A DNA stretch of 64,000 nt from Rubripirellula sp. GTDB taxonomy: Bacteria; Planctomycetota; Planctomycetia; Pirellulales; Pirellulaceae. The stretch spans positions 2,144,001-2,208,000 of the forward strand of contig OZ244207.1 of the NCBI GenBank assembly GCA_965216875.1, written 5' to 3'. Below are positions 1-9,598 of this stretch, piece by piece. A model generated the notes under the pieces. That model was given only the letters and a program-made list of their open reading frames with translations. It had not been told where the DNA came from and did no database searches. The stretch's first letter is position 1. The number at the start of each line of letters is the position of its first letter. Both the position numbers and the translations under genes were made by a program.

Positions 1-565
1 AGACCAGCAGGAAGGTTTCCACCGGAGCTTGGTAATACTCGTGACGCGCCCACGTCGAGAATCGAAGGTTCTCACGAGTGACGGCGACTCCTTTGGGAGT
101 TCCCGTCGATCCCGATGTGTAAATCACATACGCCAAGTCGCTTGGGCGAGGATCGCAACTTGGCGGCGAAAGAGCGGCTGCGTTGCATGTGAGGTCGACC
201 ACGACACTGTGGATGCCTTGGATGCGTTCATCACCGATCTTTGACGATTGAACCACCGCCTTGCAGCCGGTCTGTGCAACCATCAGAGCGAGTCGATCCG
301 CGGGGAGCGCTGGGGAAATCGGGACGTAATGTGCCCCACATCGAAGTGCCGCCAGGAATCCGACGATCGCCTCGAGAGGGCGTGCGGTGTCGACTGCGAC
401 GCAATCACCACAAGAGATGCCCGACTCGGTCATGAGTCCCGCGACTCTTTCAACCAACTGGGCCAATCGGGCGTAGGTGAGCTCTTCGTGCGCGGTCTTG
501 AGCGCAACGCGTTCAGGGGTCTCACGACATTGGTCGAGAACCCATTTGCCAATGTCCGCTTTCAT
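1..565 (-). CDS. NRPS / amino-acid adenylation domain protein, N-terminal part (continues beyond left edge)
   Basis: Not in the ORF track; translated by hand from ATG at 565: MKADIGKWVLDQCRETPERVALKTAHEELTYARL...GAHYVPISPALPADRL...LAYVIYTSGSTGTPKGV. Contains the A1 (LTYxxL), A2 (GAxYVPI) and A3 (LAYVIYTSGSTGxPKG) core motifs; frame is open to base 1. Confidence 0.93.
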   Translation of the reverse strand, partial: MKADIGKWVLDQCRETPERVALKTAHEELTYARLAQLVERVAGLMTESGISCGDCVAVDTARPLEAIVGFLAALRCGAHYVPISPALPADRLALMVAQTGCKAVVQSSKIGDERIQGIHSVVVDLTCNAAALSPPSCDPRPSDLAYVIYTSGSTGTPKGVAVTRENLRFSTWARHEYYQAPVETFLLV

Positions 566-934
566 ATGCCTGCGGAGTAACGAATCAATGCGGTTGTGTT
601 AAGAAAATGCCAAACAGGCAGAATAGACAAGGTGGGGCAAATAGCAAACGCGATAGGGTGGAATGTCTCTCTCACTCGGCCAAAAAACGACATCACCTGC
701 CATCGCGACCGTGATCAGAGAGTGCTAGCGGGGTGGAGAATGCCAACCTTCCACTATTTGGCGTCGGGTAGTGACGATCCGGTTCGTCAACAGAATCCAC
801 CGCAGCCTCTGCGGAGGGGGTGACTTGTTGTTCACGCCAATCAAGCAAAACGTTGCACCCGATTGGGGGCACGTTTACACTTCGGCGGGGGTGGAGATCG
901 ATGAATGACGAAGCGTCGATGGGCGGGGAAACTA

Positions 935-3670
935 ATGAAGACAAAGAGCAAGCAGCGTTGCCGACGTAGATTACGAACGAGGTTTGAGCGTCTCGAAACG
1001 CGCTGGCTTCTGTCCGCTGATCTCGGCCATGACGACCACGATCATGATCACGATGATGATGACCATCATGACGACGAGCCGGCGATCGAAACCGAGGGCG
1101 GTGGTTTCGTCGACCACCATGCCCACGAAGAGCTTCCCGACTTTTTGGTACCGGAAACCAGCGGCGGCGGCGACATCGCGACGGTGCATCCACAGAGTGT
1201 CGGTGAGGTTGGAACCAACGGAGTGAGCGCCAACCTTTGGGTGACCGATGCCTATGTCCGCAACGGTCTCGGCAATGAAATCGCGTCACCCTTTACCGGT
1301 CAGATGGTTGCGATTCAATTGCACTACCAAACGCGCGACCTGCCGTTTGGTTCTTCCTACACCGTCCACTACACCGTCAACGGTGTGACGCTCAACAACG
1401 GCACGCAAACACTGGGCGCCGGCCGCGGTCTTTCTTCGTGGTATTGGTGGCGCGGTGGTTGGTACGCATCACCGGGTACGCACACGGTCGAAATCCATAT
1501 CGACCCCTTCAATCAAGTGGTCGAGTCGGATGAAACAGACAACATCATCTCATTTGAGTTTACGACCGAGACTGCGACCAGTTTTCCGCAGCCATTGATT
1601 TGGCCGGTCGAAGGCAACCCGCAAGAGCTCACCGCGTTCACCAACTACGTCGATGTCAATCCGCTAAGCGGCGTGACTGATTTCAATGGTGGTTCCTTTT
1701 CCTACAACGGCCACAACGCATGGGACTTTGGGCCTGGTAACTTTTATGCTCAGGACCAAGGGATCGAGATTTACGCTGCTGCCGATGGAACCGTCACCGC
1801 GACGCATGACGGCGAGTTCGACCGTCAAGTGGAATGGCTCTCGCCGGCACCGCAGGCAAACTACGTGATCCTTGATCATGGTGGCGGTTGGACGACGATT
1901 TACTGGCACCTTCGCCGAGACTCGGTGCGAGTCAATGTGGGCGACGTGGTACAGGCTGGCGACATCCTGGGCTACATGGGCAGTTCCGGAATCTCGTCTG
2001 GCTCGCACATCCACTATGGATTGCGTCACCACGGTTTTACGATTGAACCGATGTACGACATTGAGACCTATCTTGATCCGTCGCTCGCGGACATTGGGTA
2101 TCCAGGCGACGTCAAGACGAAGATGCACAGCGGTGTGACCAACTACACACCCAACTCACATATCCGTGAGCGTCCTTCGGACATCGAAGTCTTTCCACAA
2201 ACGTCCGGTCAAGTTGCCTACGTTTGGGGATACTTCGCAGGTTTGCAGGTCGGCGACTTGCTGCAGTACGTTTGGAAACGACCCGACGGATCTGTCTTCA
2301 CAACGACCGGTCGAACGATGACGACGACTTACAGCCAGTCCTGGTGGTGGTGGTCACGCAATATCGGAACGCAGCCGCAGGCGGGAGAATGGACAATCGA
2401 GTTTTTCGTCGACGGCAACCTGCTCGGGACGGACAGCTTTGAAGTGGTTCCGGGAGGAGCACCGGAACTGAGGATCGAGTCCGAAGGCAACATCGTGATT
2501 GATGAACGATTCACGCCTATCGACCTCGGCGAGATCGAGCAGTTCGGCGGCCAAGCGTTTCAGACCTTCACGGTTCGCAATCACGGTCACGCTCCTGCGA
2601 ACATCGAGTCTTTGGAGGTCCCCCGGGGATTCAGCATTGCTGACGGTTTGGCGTCGACCATCGGTCCAGGCCAGTCCGATTCCTTCACTCTGATGCTTGA
2701 CGCTAGTGAAGCAGGCTACTTTGGCGGCGAAGTGCGCATCCAAACCGACGATGCCGATGAAGATCCCTACAACTTCTCGGTCGAAGGGATCGTTACGCCA
2801 GGTCCTGGCGCACAAAAACTCTACCTAGGAATCTCGGAACGCAAAACGCTTGAAGGCACCGAGATCGTTGGCAATGTCATCCGATCGGACACCGGCGCTG
2901 GTTTGGGGGCACCGCTTGTCGTGACCCTGACCTCAGGTGACACGACCGAGCTGACCGTGCCCGCGACGGTGACAATCCCTGCGGGTCAAACGCGAGCGAT
3001 CTACATGATCACGGCACTCGACGACGAAGAAAGCGACGGTGATCAACTTGTTGAGGTCATGGCGACATCACCATCAACCGCTCCGGCCTACAACGAACTG
3101 ATGGTGGTCGATCCGCCATCAGCACCTGTTGTCGCATCGGTGATCATCAATGGCGGTGACGAGCAACGCTCCACCCTCGAACAGTTGCGCGTTGTGTTCG
3201 ACAAGATCGTCGAAATTGATGATCAAACAGGTCAGCCCTTCGCGATCTCGAATCTCGATACACTTGCCAACGTTGACCACGACACCACGGTGTCCGAGGT
3301 CGATGGTCAAACCGTGGTCGACTTCCTGTTCACCTCACAAACCAACGGTTCGGGCTCGCTCGTTGATGGCGACTACCTGCTGCAGATCGATGGCAACTCG
3401 ATTTCCGCCGACGGCATCGCACTTGATGGCGATGGCGATGACACCCCTGGCGGGACCCATGAGTTTGGACGCGTCGAGGCCGACAACTTTTTTAGAATGT
3501 TCGGCGATGGCAACGGCAATGGACGGGTCGAGTTATTCGACTTCGCTGCCTTCCGGTCAACCTACAGTCTCGTCGATGGTGACGCGGGCTACCTGGGGCA
3601 TTTTGATTCCAACGCAAACGACCGCATCGAACTGTTTGACTTTGCCGCCTTCCGAAACAACTTCGGATAA
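935..3670 (+). CDS. Secreted M23-family metallopeptidase domain protein (planctomycete export motif, CARDB-like and Ig-like domains, C-terminal dockerin-like region)
   Basis: N-terminal RRRLRTRFERLETRWLLS motif; His/Asp tract; M23 motifs HNAWD and HIHY with YWHL; CARDB-like DPFNQVVESDETDN; C-terminal GDGNGNGRVELFDF duplicated. Start 935 or 905. Confidence 0.85.
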   Translation: MKTKSKQRCRRRLRTRFERLETRWLLSADLGHDDHDHDHDDDDHHDDEPAIETEGGGFVDHHAHEELPDFLVPETSGGGDIATVHPQSVGEVGTNGVSANLWVTDAYVRNGLGNEIASPFTGQMVAIQLHYQTRDLPFGSSYTVHYTVNGVTLNNGTQTLGAGRGLSSWYWWRGGWYASPGTHTVEIHIDPFNQVVESDETDNIISFEFTTETATSFPQPLIWPVEGNPQELTAFTNYVDVNPLSGVTDFNGGSFSYNGHNAWDFGPGNFYAQDQGIEIYAAADGTVTATHDGEFDRQVEWLSPAPQANYVILDHGGGWTTIYWHLRRDSVRVNVGDVVQAGDILGYMGSSGISSGSHIHYGLRHHGFTIEPMYDIETYLDPSLADIGYPGDVKTKMHSGVTNYTPNSHIRERPSDIEVFPQTSGQVAYVWGYFAGLQVGDLLQYVWKRPDGSVFTTTGRTMTTTYSQSWWWWSRNIGTQPQAGEWTIEFFVDGNLLGTDSFEVVPGGAPELRIESEGNIVIDERFTPIDLGEIEQFGGQAFQTFTVRNHGHAPANIESLEVPRGFSIADGLASTIGPGQSDSFTLMLDASEAGYFGGEVRIQTDDADEDPYNFSVEGIVTPGPGAQKLYLGISERKTLEGTEIVGNVIRSDTGAGLGAPLVVTLTSGDTTELTVPATVTIPAGQTRAIYMITALDDEESDGDQLVEVMATSPSTAPAYNELMVVDPPSAPVVASVIINGGDEQRSTLEQLRVVFDKIVEIDDQTGQPFAISNLDTLANVDHDTTVSEVDGQTVVDFLFTSQTNGSGSLVDGDYLLQIDGNSISADGIALDGDGDDTPGGTHEFGRVEADNFFRMFGDGNGNGRVELFDFAAFRSTYSLVDGDAGYLGHFDSNANDRIELFDFAAFRNNFG

Positions 3671-3687
3671 GCACTCGCTTCAATCCC

Positions 3688-3711
3688 GTAGCTACCGTCG
3701 CCAGACGGTGG
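3688..3711. repeat. GTAG-type REP repeat (family A)
   Basis: gtagctaccgtcgccagacggtgg just after the stop codon; same family at 22825, 34558, 51778 and 58311. Confidence 0.75.
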
Positions 3712-3747
3712 TGAGTCTTACGCTCGCTTTCACGAACGTTCACACCA

Positions 3748-4083
3748 CTAAGGCGCCCAATCGGGCATCGGGTTGCTTGCGACATAGCTTGTCGAGTCGG
3801 TTGCTTCCTCGGCGTCATCGCTCGAGGCTTCGAGGATTCCCAATCCAAGGAGTGCGACGCCCATCAATGCGTACTGCGTCGTCTTCCATGCAACATTCCG
3901 AACCTTCTCACCAGCAGTCGGTTTGATGTCTTTCGGATTGACGCTGCCGAGTTGGGGCTGGTTAGGAAGGAGCGCGTCGTAGCGTTTTCGGTGCATGCGG
4001 CAACCGGGACAGACCGCCAGCAGAAACACCATCACCACGATTAGATGAGTCGCTCGAGTTTCACAGCGGGGCATCGCATTCAC
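3748..4083 (-). CDS. Small hypothetical membrane/lipoprotein
   Basis: Hydrophobic N-terminus ending in CPGC plus a second hydrophobic segment; fills the gap between genes. Confidence 0.55.
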   Translation of the reverse strand: MNAMPRCETRATHLIVVMVFLLAVCPGCRMHRKRYDALLPNQPQLGSVNPKDIKPTAGEKVRNVAWKTTQYALMGVALLGLGILEASSDDAEEATDSTSYVASNPMPDWAP

Positions 4084-4309
4084 CCAACGAGAGTTTGCCA
4101 GTTCACCGATACCATCCCGTTAGCATGGCTTGTCTGCTCGCGTCAATGCCGCGGAGGCTCGATTGGCAAATTCCTGCGAAGCGGGATGCAAAAGTGCCCT
4201 GACAGCTACCAAATCGCATCAAACCGTGACATCATAGGAGCGATCCCCAGATGTCTTCTCGATCGGTTCTGCTGATGCGTCTGGAACATGACTCGCGGAG
4301 TTTTCGGTT

Positions 4310-6382
4310 GTGGCGGTGAACGATTGGGCTTGGTTGCCAACACCTCGTGGAAAGATTCTGGCAACCGCTCGCGAGGCGCTCGAGGAGCGGTTTGTCTATT
4401 GTGATGAAATCGCCGATTTGATTTCGGCTGCATTCTACGAGCCGTGCAATCTTTTGCTCTGGGGCCCGGGCGGTCATGGCAAATCCGAAATGGTCATCGC
4501 TGCGGTCAAGGCTCTCGGGATAGGCGAAGATGAGATCTTTGTGCAGTCCTTTGGCGAAGGGATGAGTGAAGATCGCTTGTGGGGCGGGCCCGACATGGCC
4601 TCGCTTGACACCTGTTTGAGATACGACACCTCTCGTTCGTTCTTGGCGCCGCAATACAAGGTGGTGATCTTTGAAGAACTCTTCGATGCGCCCGCTCAAT
4701 CGTTGTTGCCTCTGAAGGATGTCCTCACCCGTCGCATGTTCATGAATGGACCAGACCGGGTACCGCTTGCCGCAAAAGTCGTGATCGCCTGCACGAATAA
4801 GGATCCTCGCGAGTTTGGCGAAGGGAGCGATGCAGTTCTCGCTTTGATGGAACGCTTCCTGCTTCAAAAGGAAGTTCGCTGGCCTGCGTACGAACAAAAG
4901 AACTACACCGAGTTGTTTGCCAAGGTGAGGCCAGCCTCAAGCAAAGCGGGACGTCAGCTACACAAGCATCTCGCGACCGTGATCGCCGGACTGAACGAAC
5001 ATAAATCGTTCATCATGTCGCCAAGAATGGCGCTCCAGTCACTCGAAGTGGTCAGCAATTGCGCTCGCATTCGCGGCGACCACCGAATCACACCGGACGC
5101 CTTTCAGTCCATCCGCTTCGTTCAAGGGATGCAATCCTACACGGCGGAATTGTCACGCAAGATTGAGCGTCAACTGCCAGACGACGAAGATTTCTTCATT
5201 CAACTCGAAGAAAGTGACTTTGCGTCGACCGATGAAGGGCCGTTGAAGGTACCTCGCAGTAGCATCCCGAAGAAAACCGCCTCCGTTTTGAAATCTCGCT
5301 TCATCCACTGCAGCGAGATTTCTCAAGTGCTCACCCATGCGTTCTATCAGCCATGCAACGTCTTGCTTTGGGGCCCTGGCGGGCATGGCAAATCGGAAAT
5401 GGTGATGACGGCCCTGCGAAATCTGGGCTATCAAGAGGAAGAAATCTTCCTGCAATCCTTTGGCGAAGGGATGAGCGAAGATCGCCTATGGGGAGGCCCG
5501 AACATCGCAAAGCTCGACGAATGCCTCGAGTACGACACCGATCGTTCTTTCTTGCCGTACGAAGTCGTGGTACTGGAAGAAATCCTCGATGCCTCGTCGC
5601 AGGCGCTGCTGCCGCTTAAGGACGTGCTGACGCGGCGCAGCTTCATGAACGGTGACAAGACGGTCCCCCTGCAATCGAAAGTGATCGTTGCGTGCACCAA
5701 CAAGGACCCACGCCAGTTCGCCAAGGACAGTGATGCGGTCAAAGCCCTTCTGGAGCGGTTTCCGCTGCAATTGGAAGTACGTTGGCCTTCCTATGAACAG
5801 GCCGACTACGAAAAACTGTTCAAAAAGGTGAATCCCGAAGCCAACTCGCATAAACGCAAACTGCACCGCATCTACGCTCACGTCTTGGCTTGCCTCAATG
5901 ACGATCGCGAGGCCGGATTTAAAGTTTCTCCTCGAATCGCACTTGGCGGATTGCGTTTGGCCGGCAACAGCGTTGGTCGCCATGGGCGCAAGAAAATGAT
6001 CGTCGAGGACATTTTGACCATTCGCAACGTCCAAGGAATGGAGTCCTATAAACGCGATATCGAAGCGCTCATTCGCGACGCTCTCCTCGAAGGCGGTGTT
6101 GAGGTCTTACTGAGCGATATCGACGAACGGGCCGAAGCGTTGCGGGGCAAGATGGATTCGATCAACAAGATCTTTGAATCAGCACGCGATCTCGATGAAG
6201 AATCGAGGGGCGAAGTGAACGACGAAGCCATTTCAAAGATGCTCGACCTGATGAGCAGTATGGATGCGCTCAAACACGAACTGACTTACCTGCAAGTTTC
6301 CGATCCAAAATTGATCCAATGGCAACAAGCTTCAGAGGCTCGGGTGCAGGAACTCTCGGCCGAAATCGAAGCGGGCACATAG
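4310..6382 (+). CDS. Tandem (two-domain) MoxR/RavA-like AAA+ ATPase
   Basis: Two copies of LLWGPGGHGKS (Walker A), VVhhEEhhD (Walker B), ACTN (sensor 1), ALxERF (Arg finger) and SPR (sensor 2); helical C-terminal tail. Confidence 0.88.
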   Translation: MAVNDWAWLPTPRGKILATAREALEERFVYCDEIADLISAAFYEPCNLLLWGPGGHGKSEMVIAAVKALGIGEDEIFVQSFGEGMSEDRLWGGPDMASLDTCLRYDTSRSFLAPQYKVVIFEELFDAPAQSLLPLKDVLTRRMFMNGPDRVPLAAKVVIACTNKDPREFGEGSDAVLALMERFLLQKEVRWPAYEQKNYTELFAKVRPASSKAGRQLHKHLATVIAGLNEHKSFIMSPRMALQSLEVVSNCARIRGDHRITPDAFQSIRFVQGMQSYTAELSRKIERQLPDDEDFFIQLEESDFASTDEGPLKVPRSSIPKKTASVLKSRFIHCSEISQVLTHAFYQPCNVLLWGPGGHGKSEMVMTALRNLGYQEEEIFLQSFGEGMSEDRLWGGPNIAKLDECLEYDTDRSFLPYEVVVLEEILDASSQALLPLKDVLTRRSFMNGDKTVPLQSKVIVACTNKDPRQFAKDSDAVKALLERFPLQLEVRWPSYEQADYEKLFKKVNPEANSHKRKLHRIYAHVLACLNDDREAGFKVSPRIALGGLRLAGNSVGRHGRKKMIVEDILTIRNVQGMESYKRDIEALIRDALLEGGVEVLLSDIDERAEALRGKMDSINKIFESARDLDEESRGEVNDEAISKMLDLMSSMDALKHELTYLQVSDPKLIQWQQASEARVQELSAEIEAGT

Positions 6383-6516
6383 CAGGCTCAACAACCAGAT
6401 GCCGCTAGGGCTCTTGTGCGGGCCGCGCATTCCATTGATGATTGATGCCCCACCTTACTTAAAAAGACTTTGCACACTTGCGAAGTCGCCGTTTGCCCTC
6501 GCACGCAAAATGGATC

Positions 6517-7212
6517 ATGAAACCGATTGTTCAGATATCGCTTGACTTGACCACCATCGATGAAGCGATCGAGACTGCCGAGCTGGCGATTCGAGCGGGC
6601 GTTGATTGGTTGGAAGCTGGCACACCGCTGATTTTGGCAGAAGGATTGCATGGTGTTCGGGCGCTTCGTCAGCGTTTTCCGGATGTGCCCATCGTCGCGG
6701 ATCTCAAGACGATGGACGGCGGGTACCTCGAAGCAGAGATGATGGCCAACGCCGGGGCGACGCACGTTGTGGTCATGGCTCGGGCTCACGAAGAAACGAT
6801 CAAGTGCGTCGTTCAAGCGGGCAAAGACCATGGCGTAAAAGTCATGGGCGACAACCTCGCTTATGACACGATGGTCGACGGTGCCAAACGTCTTGAAGAC
6901 CTTGGCTGCGACTTCATCGTGCATCACATCGGCTACGACGAACGTCGTGGCATCGCCGCCGCAGGGAATCGCATGCCGAGCCCCATGGACGATCTTGAGG
7001 CGGTTGTTGCCGCCGTTGAGATTCCGGTGCAAGCCGTCGGCGGTCTGTCGCTTGAACAGGCAATCGCGTGTCCTGCGCACGGGGCACCGTTGGTCGTGCT
7101 CGGCGCGCCGCTCACCATCGACGCCGATGCCTTCAAGACGGCTGATGGTGACTTGGAGAGTTCATTGCGAATGATCTGTGACAAAGTGCACGCGTATGGA
7201 GACTTGGGCTGA
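6517..7212 (+). CDS. 3-hexulose-6-phosphate synthase-like protein (OMP decarboxylase/HUMPS family)
   Basis: MKPIVQISLD, WLEAGTPLI, IVADLKTMDGG, HIGYD and VGG motifs; ATG at 6517. Confidence 0.85.
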   Translation: MKPIVQISLDLTTIDEAIETAELAIRAGVDWLEAGTPLILAEGLHGVRALRQRFPDVPIVADLKTMDGGYLEAEMMANAGATHVVVMARAHEETIKCVVQAGKDHGVKVMGDNLAYDTMVDGAKRLEDLGCDFIVHHIGYDERRGIAAAGNRMPSPMDDLEAVVAAVEIPVQAVGGLSLEQAIACPAHGAPLVVLGAPLTIDADAFKTADGDLESSLRMICDKVHAYGDLG

Positions 7213-8246
7213 TGCCAACATCACCTGCTGTTGTCAACTTCGCACCCGAAGCGGGAAGCGTCGAAGTTCGAGAATTTGAGCGACCACAGATCGGCCAGGA
7301 CGACGTCCTCGTTGAGGTTGCAGCCGTTGGAGTCTGCGGCAGCGACCTTCATCAATGGACCGCTTCGCATAGCTGGCCAGTCAACTACCCCGTCGTGCTC
7401 GGGCATGAGTTTGCCGGGGTGGTGGTCGAGACCGGACGCAACGTGACCGCCTGGAAAGATGGCGATCGGATCGCAAGCGAAACGGCGGCAGTCATCGACC
7501 TCGATAATCCAATGTCGCGGCAGGGCCTCTACAACCTCGATCCAACACGCAAAGGCTTTGGCTACGGAGTGGACGGGGCGATGACCAACTACGCACGCGT
7601 CCCCGCGCGTTGTCTGCACCGAGTGCCCGAAAGTTTGTCGCTCGATCACGCCGCCTTAACCGAGCCCTGTTGTGTCGCCTACAACTCAGTGGTCGGAAAC
7701 TCCCGAATCAATCCGGGTGACCGGGTTTTGGTGATCGGTCCAGGAACGATCGGGATCCTTTGTGCCGCGATCGCTCGGTTGTCGGGCGGCGACGTCGCAA
7801 TCCTCGGTCTGGAATCGGACTCAGCCAGATTCGAAATCGCCAAGCAGTACTCTGTGACACCTCTCACGGACGCTCGCGATTGGGCAAGGCAGCGCGATGG
7901 TCTTGGTGCGGACGTGATCATTGATGCCGCCGGTGTTTCGGCAACATTGAAGTTGGCCCTCGAGCTTGTCCGCCCGGCGGGTTGGATCACCAAGGTCGGC
8001 TGGGGCCCCAAGCCACTTGATTTCTCCATTGACCCTCTCGTTCAAAAGAACGTCACGCTTCAGGGGAGTTTCAGTCACAACTGGCCGATGTGGGAACGTG
8101 TTCTTGCGCTGCTCGCCAGCGGGCAACTCGATGTCGATCCAATCATCGGCGGTCGTTGGTCGCTCGGAGAATGGAAGGATGCTTTCGAGAAGATGCACAC
8201 CGGGCAAATCGTGAAGTCGATCCTGAAACCTTCTCTAAATGCCTAG
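7212..8246 (+). CDS. Zinc-dependent (MDR) sugar/polyol dehydrogenase
   Basis: GVCGSDLH, LGHE, EPxxV and GPGTIG Rossmann motif; start overlaps the upstream stop (TGATG). Confidence 0.9.
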   Translation: MPTSPAVVNFAPEAGSVEVREFERPQIGQDDVLVEVAAVGVCGSDLHQWTASHSWPVNYPVVLGHEFAGVVVETGRNVTAWKDGDRIASETAAVIDLDNPMSRQGLYNLDPTRKGFGYGVDGAMTNYARVPARCLHRVPESLSLDHAALTEPCCVAYNSVVGNSRINPGDRVLVIGPGTIGILCAAIARLSGGDVAILGLESDSARFEIAKQYSVTPLTDARDWARQRDGLGADVIIDAAGVSATLKLALELVRPAGWITKVGWGPKPLDFSIDPLVQKNVTLQGSFSHNWPMWERVLALLASGQLDVDPIIGGRWSLGEWKDAFEKMHTGQIVKSILKPSLNA

Positions 8247-8261
8247 CACCGGAACGGGCTG

Positions 8262-9149
8262 ATGCCGAAGCTTGCAACTTTTCCGAAACTGTTCATGCAT
8301 CAGCTGTGCAAAGATGGAACGATGAGCCTTGCGCAGTGGGTCGAGATGGCGAAGGACTTGCCGATCGACGGCTTGGAGTGGTACGCCGGGTTTTTGGAAA
8401 TGCAGGATCGCACGCAATGGGCGTCGATACGGAGCCTTGTCGAGCAACATGGCTTGGTGATCCCGATGATGTGCTGCTCTCCCGACTTTACTCACCCCGA
8501 TCCTGAGTTTCGCGCCGAGCAGATTGAGAAGGAAAAGGTCTGGATCGAAATGACGTCTGAGTTAGGTGGCAGTTACTGTCGCGTTCTTTCGGGCCAGCGA
8601 CGCCCCGAGTTGTCACGCGAGGAAGGTGTACGATTAGCCGCCGAATGTATTGACGCCTGCGCACCGTTTGCCGCCGAACGCGGCGTGACCCTCATCCTCG
8701 AGAATCATTACAAAGATGATTTCTGGGCCTATCCCGAATTCGCTCAAATGTCCGATGTCTTTTGCGACCTCGTTCACGCTGTGAAGGCGGATAACTTTGG
8801 CGTCAACTACGATCCCAGCAACACAATCCTTGCGGGAGAGGACCCACTCGATCTTCTACGCCGAGTCGCCGATCGCGTTGTGACGATGCATGCCAGCGAC
8901 CGTTTTCTGCTCGAAGGCACCATCGAGGACTTACGCAACGAAGAAGGCGGGGTCGAGGGCTACGCGAAACGTCTCAGTCATGGCGAAGTCGGAAAGGGGC
9001 TAAACGACTTTGACGCGATCTTCTCGATCCTTCGCGATGCAGGCTTCGGCAACAACTGGGTGAGTATCGAGGACGGTGTCGACGGCATGGACCAGATGGC
9101 ACGAAGCGCCGAGTTCCTCGTCAAGAAATTCGCCGAGTATTGGCCATAG
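8262..9149 (+). CDS. Sugar phosphate isomerase/epimerase (xylose-isomerase-like TIM barrel)
   Basis: LENH, NYDPSN, MHASD, GxG and SIED motifs; operonic with the two upstream genes. Confidence 0.88.
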   Translation: MPKLATFPKLFMHQLCKDGTMSLAQWVEMAKDLPIDGLEWYAGFLEMQDRTQWASIRSLVEQHGLVIPMMCCSPDFTHPDPEFRAEQIEKEKVWIEMTSELGGSYCRVLSGQRRPELSREEGVRLAAECIDACAPFAAERGVTLILENHYKDDFWAYPEFAQMSDVFCDLVHAVKADNFGVNYDPSNTILAGEDPLDLLRRVADRVVTMHASDRFLLEGTIEDLRNEEGGVEGYAKRLSHGEVGKGLNDFDAIFSILRDAGFGNNWVSIEDGVDGMDQMARSAEFLVKKFAEYWP

Positions 9150-9164
9150 CTCCCTGTCACATCC

Positions 9165-9546
9165 GAACACTCATCAACAAAATTCGTCTTCCGGGATCAG
9201 TGTTCGATTAGCGAAGATCAGTGTTCCAGAATGACAGCTGCTGGATCCACCGTCCGTTGTAGTGATCAAGGTTCGAAAAGAAGGCTGTTGATGTGTGTGG
9301 AAAGGGAGAACCACTGATCGAACACTAATCAACAGACCTTACCTTCGTGGATCAGTGTTCAATTAGTGAGAATCAGTGTTCCAATATGACCGACGCCGGA
9401 GCTAGGGTCGGTTGAAGTGGTCGAGGATCAAGAAGCAAGGTCTAGAAGCATGTAGAGCGTGTGAACCACTGATCTTCACTCATCGAATACTCATCAACAA
9501 AACCTGTCTTCCTAGATCAGTGTTCGATCAGTGTAGTTGAGTGCTC
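9165..9546. repeat. Degenerate ~155-165 bp tandem repeat (about 2.5 units) with internal inverted repeats
   Basis: Units start at about 9165, 9320 and 9485, each with gaa(c/t)act(c/a)atc...gatcagtgttc arms; intervening segments are also alignable. Confidence 0.85.
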
Positions 9547-9598
9547 AAATACTCGATTCACTCACTGACTGTCGGAAGTTCGAATTCGATTCGATGTG

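Noticed and set aside
29..823. Short plus-strand ORFs at the window start
   Set aside because: They are antisense to the NRPS A domain or intergenic, with no protein-like features.
4164..4178. Sigma-54 promoter-like TGGCAAATTCCTGC upstream of the AAA gene
   Set aside because: GG-to-GC spacing is one base short of the strict -24/-12 requirement.
9165..9546. Possible CRISPR array
   Set aside because: Repeats are degenerate, the period (~160 bp) is too long, the spacers are homologous to each other, and there are no cas genes in the window.
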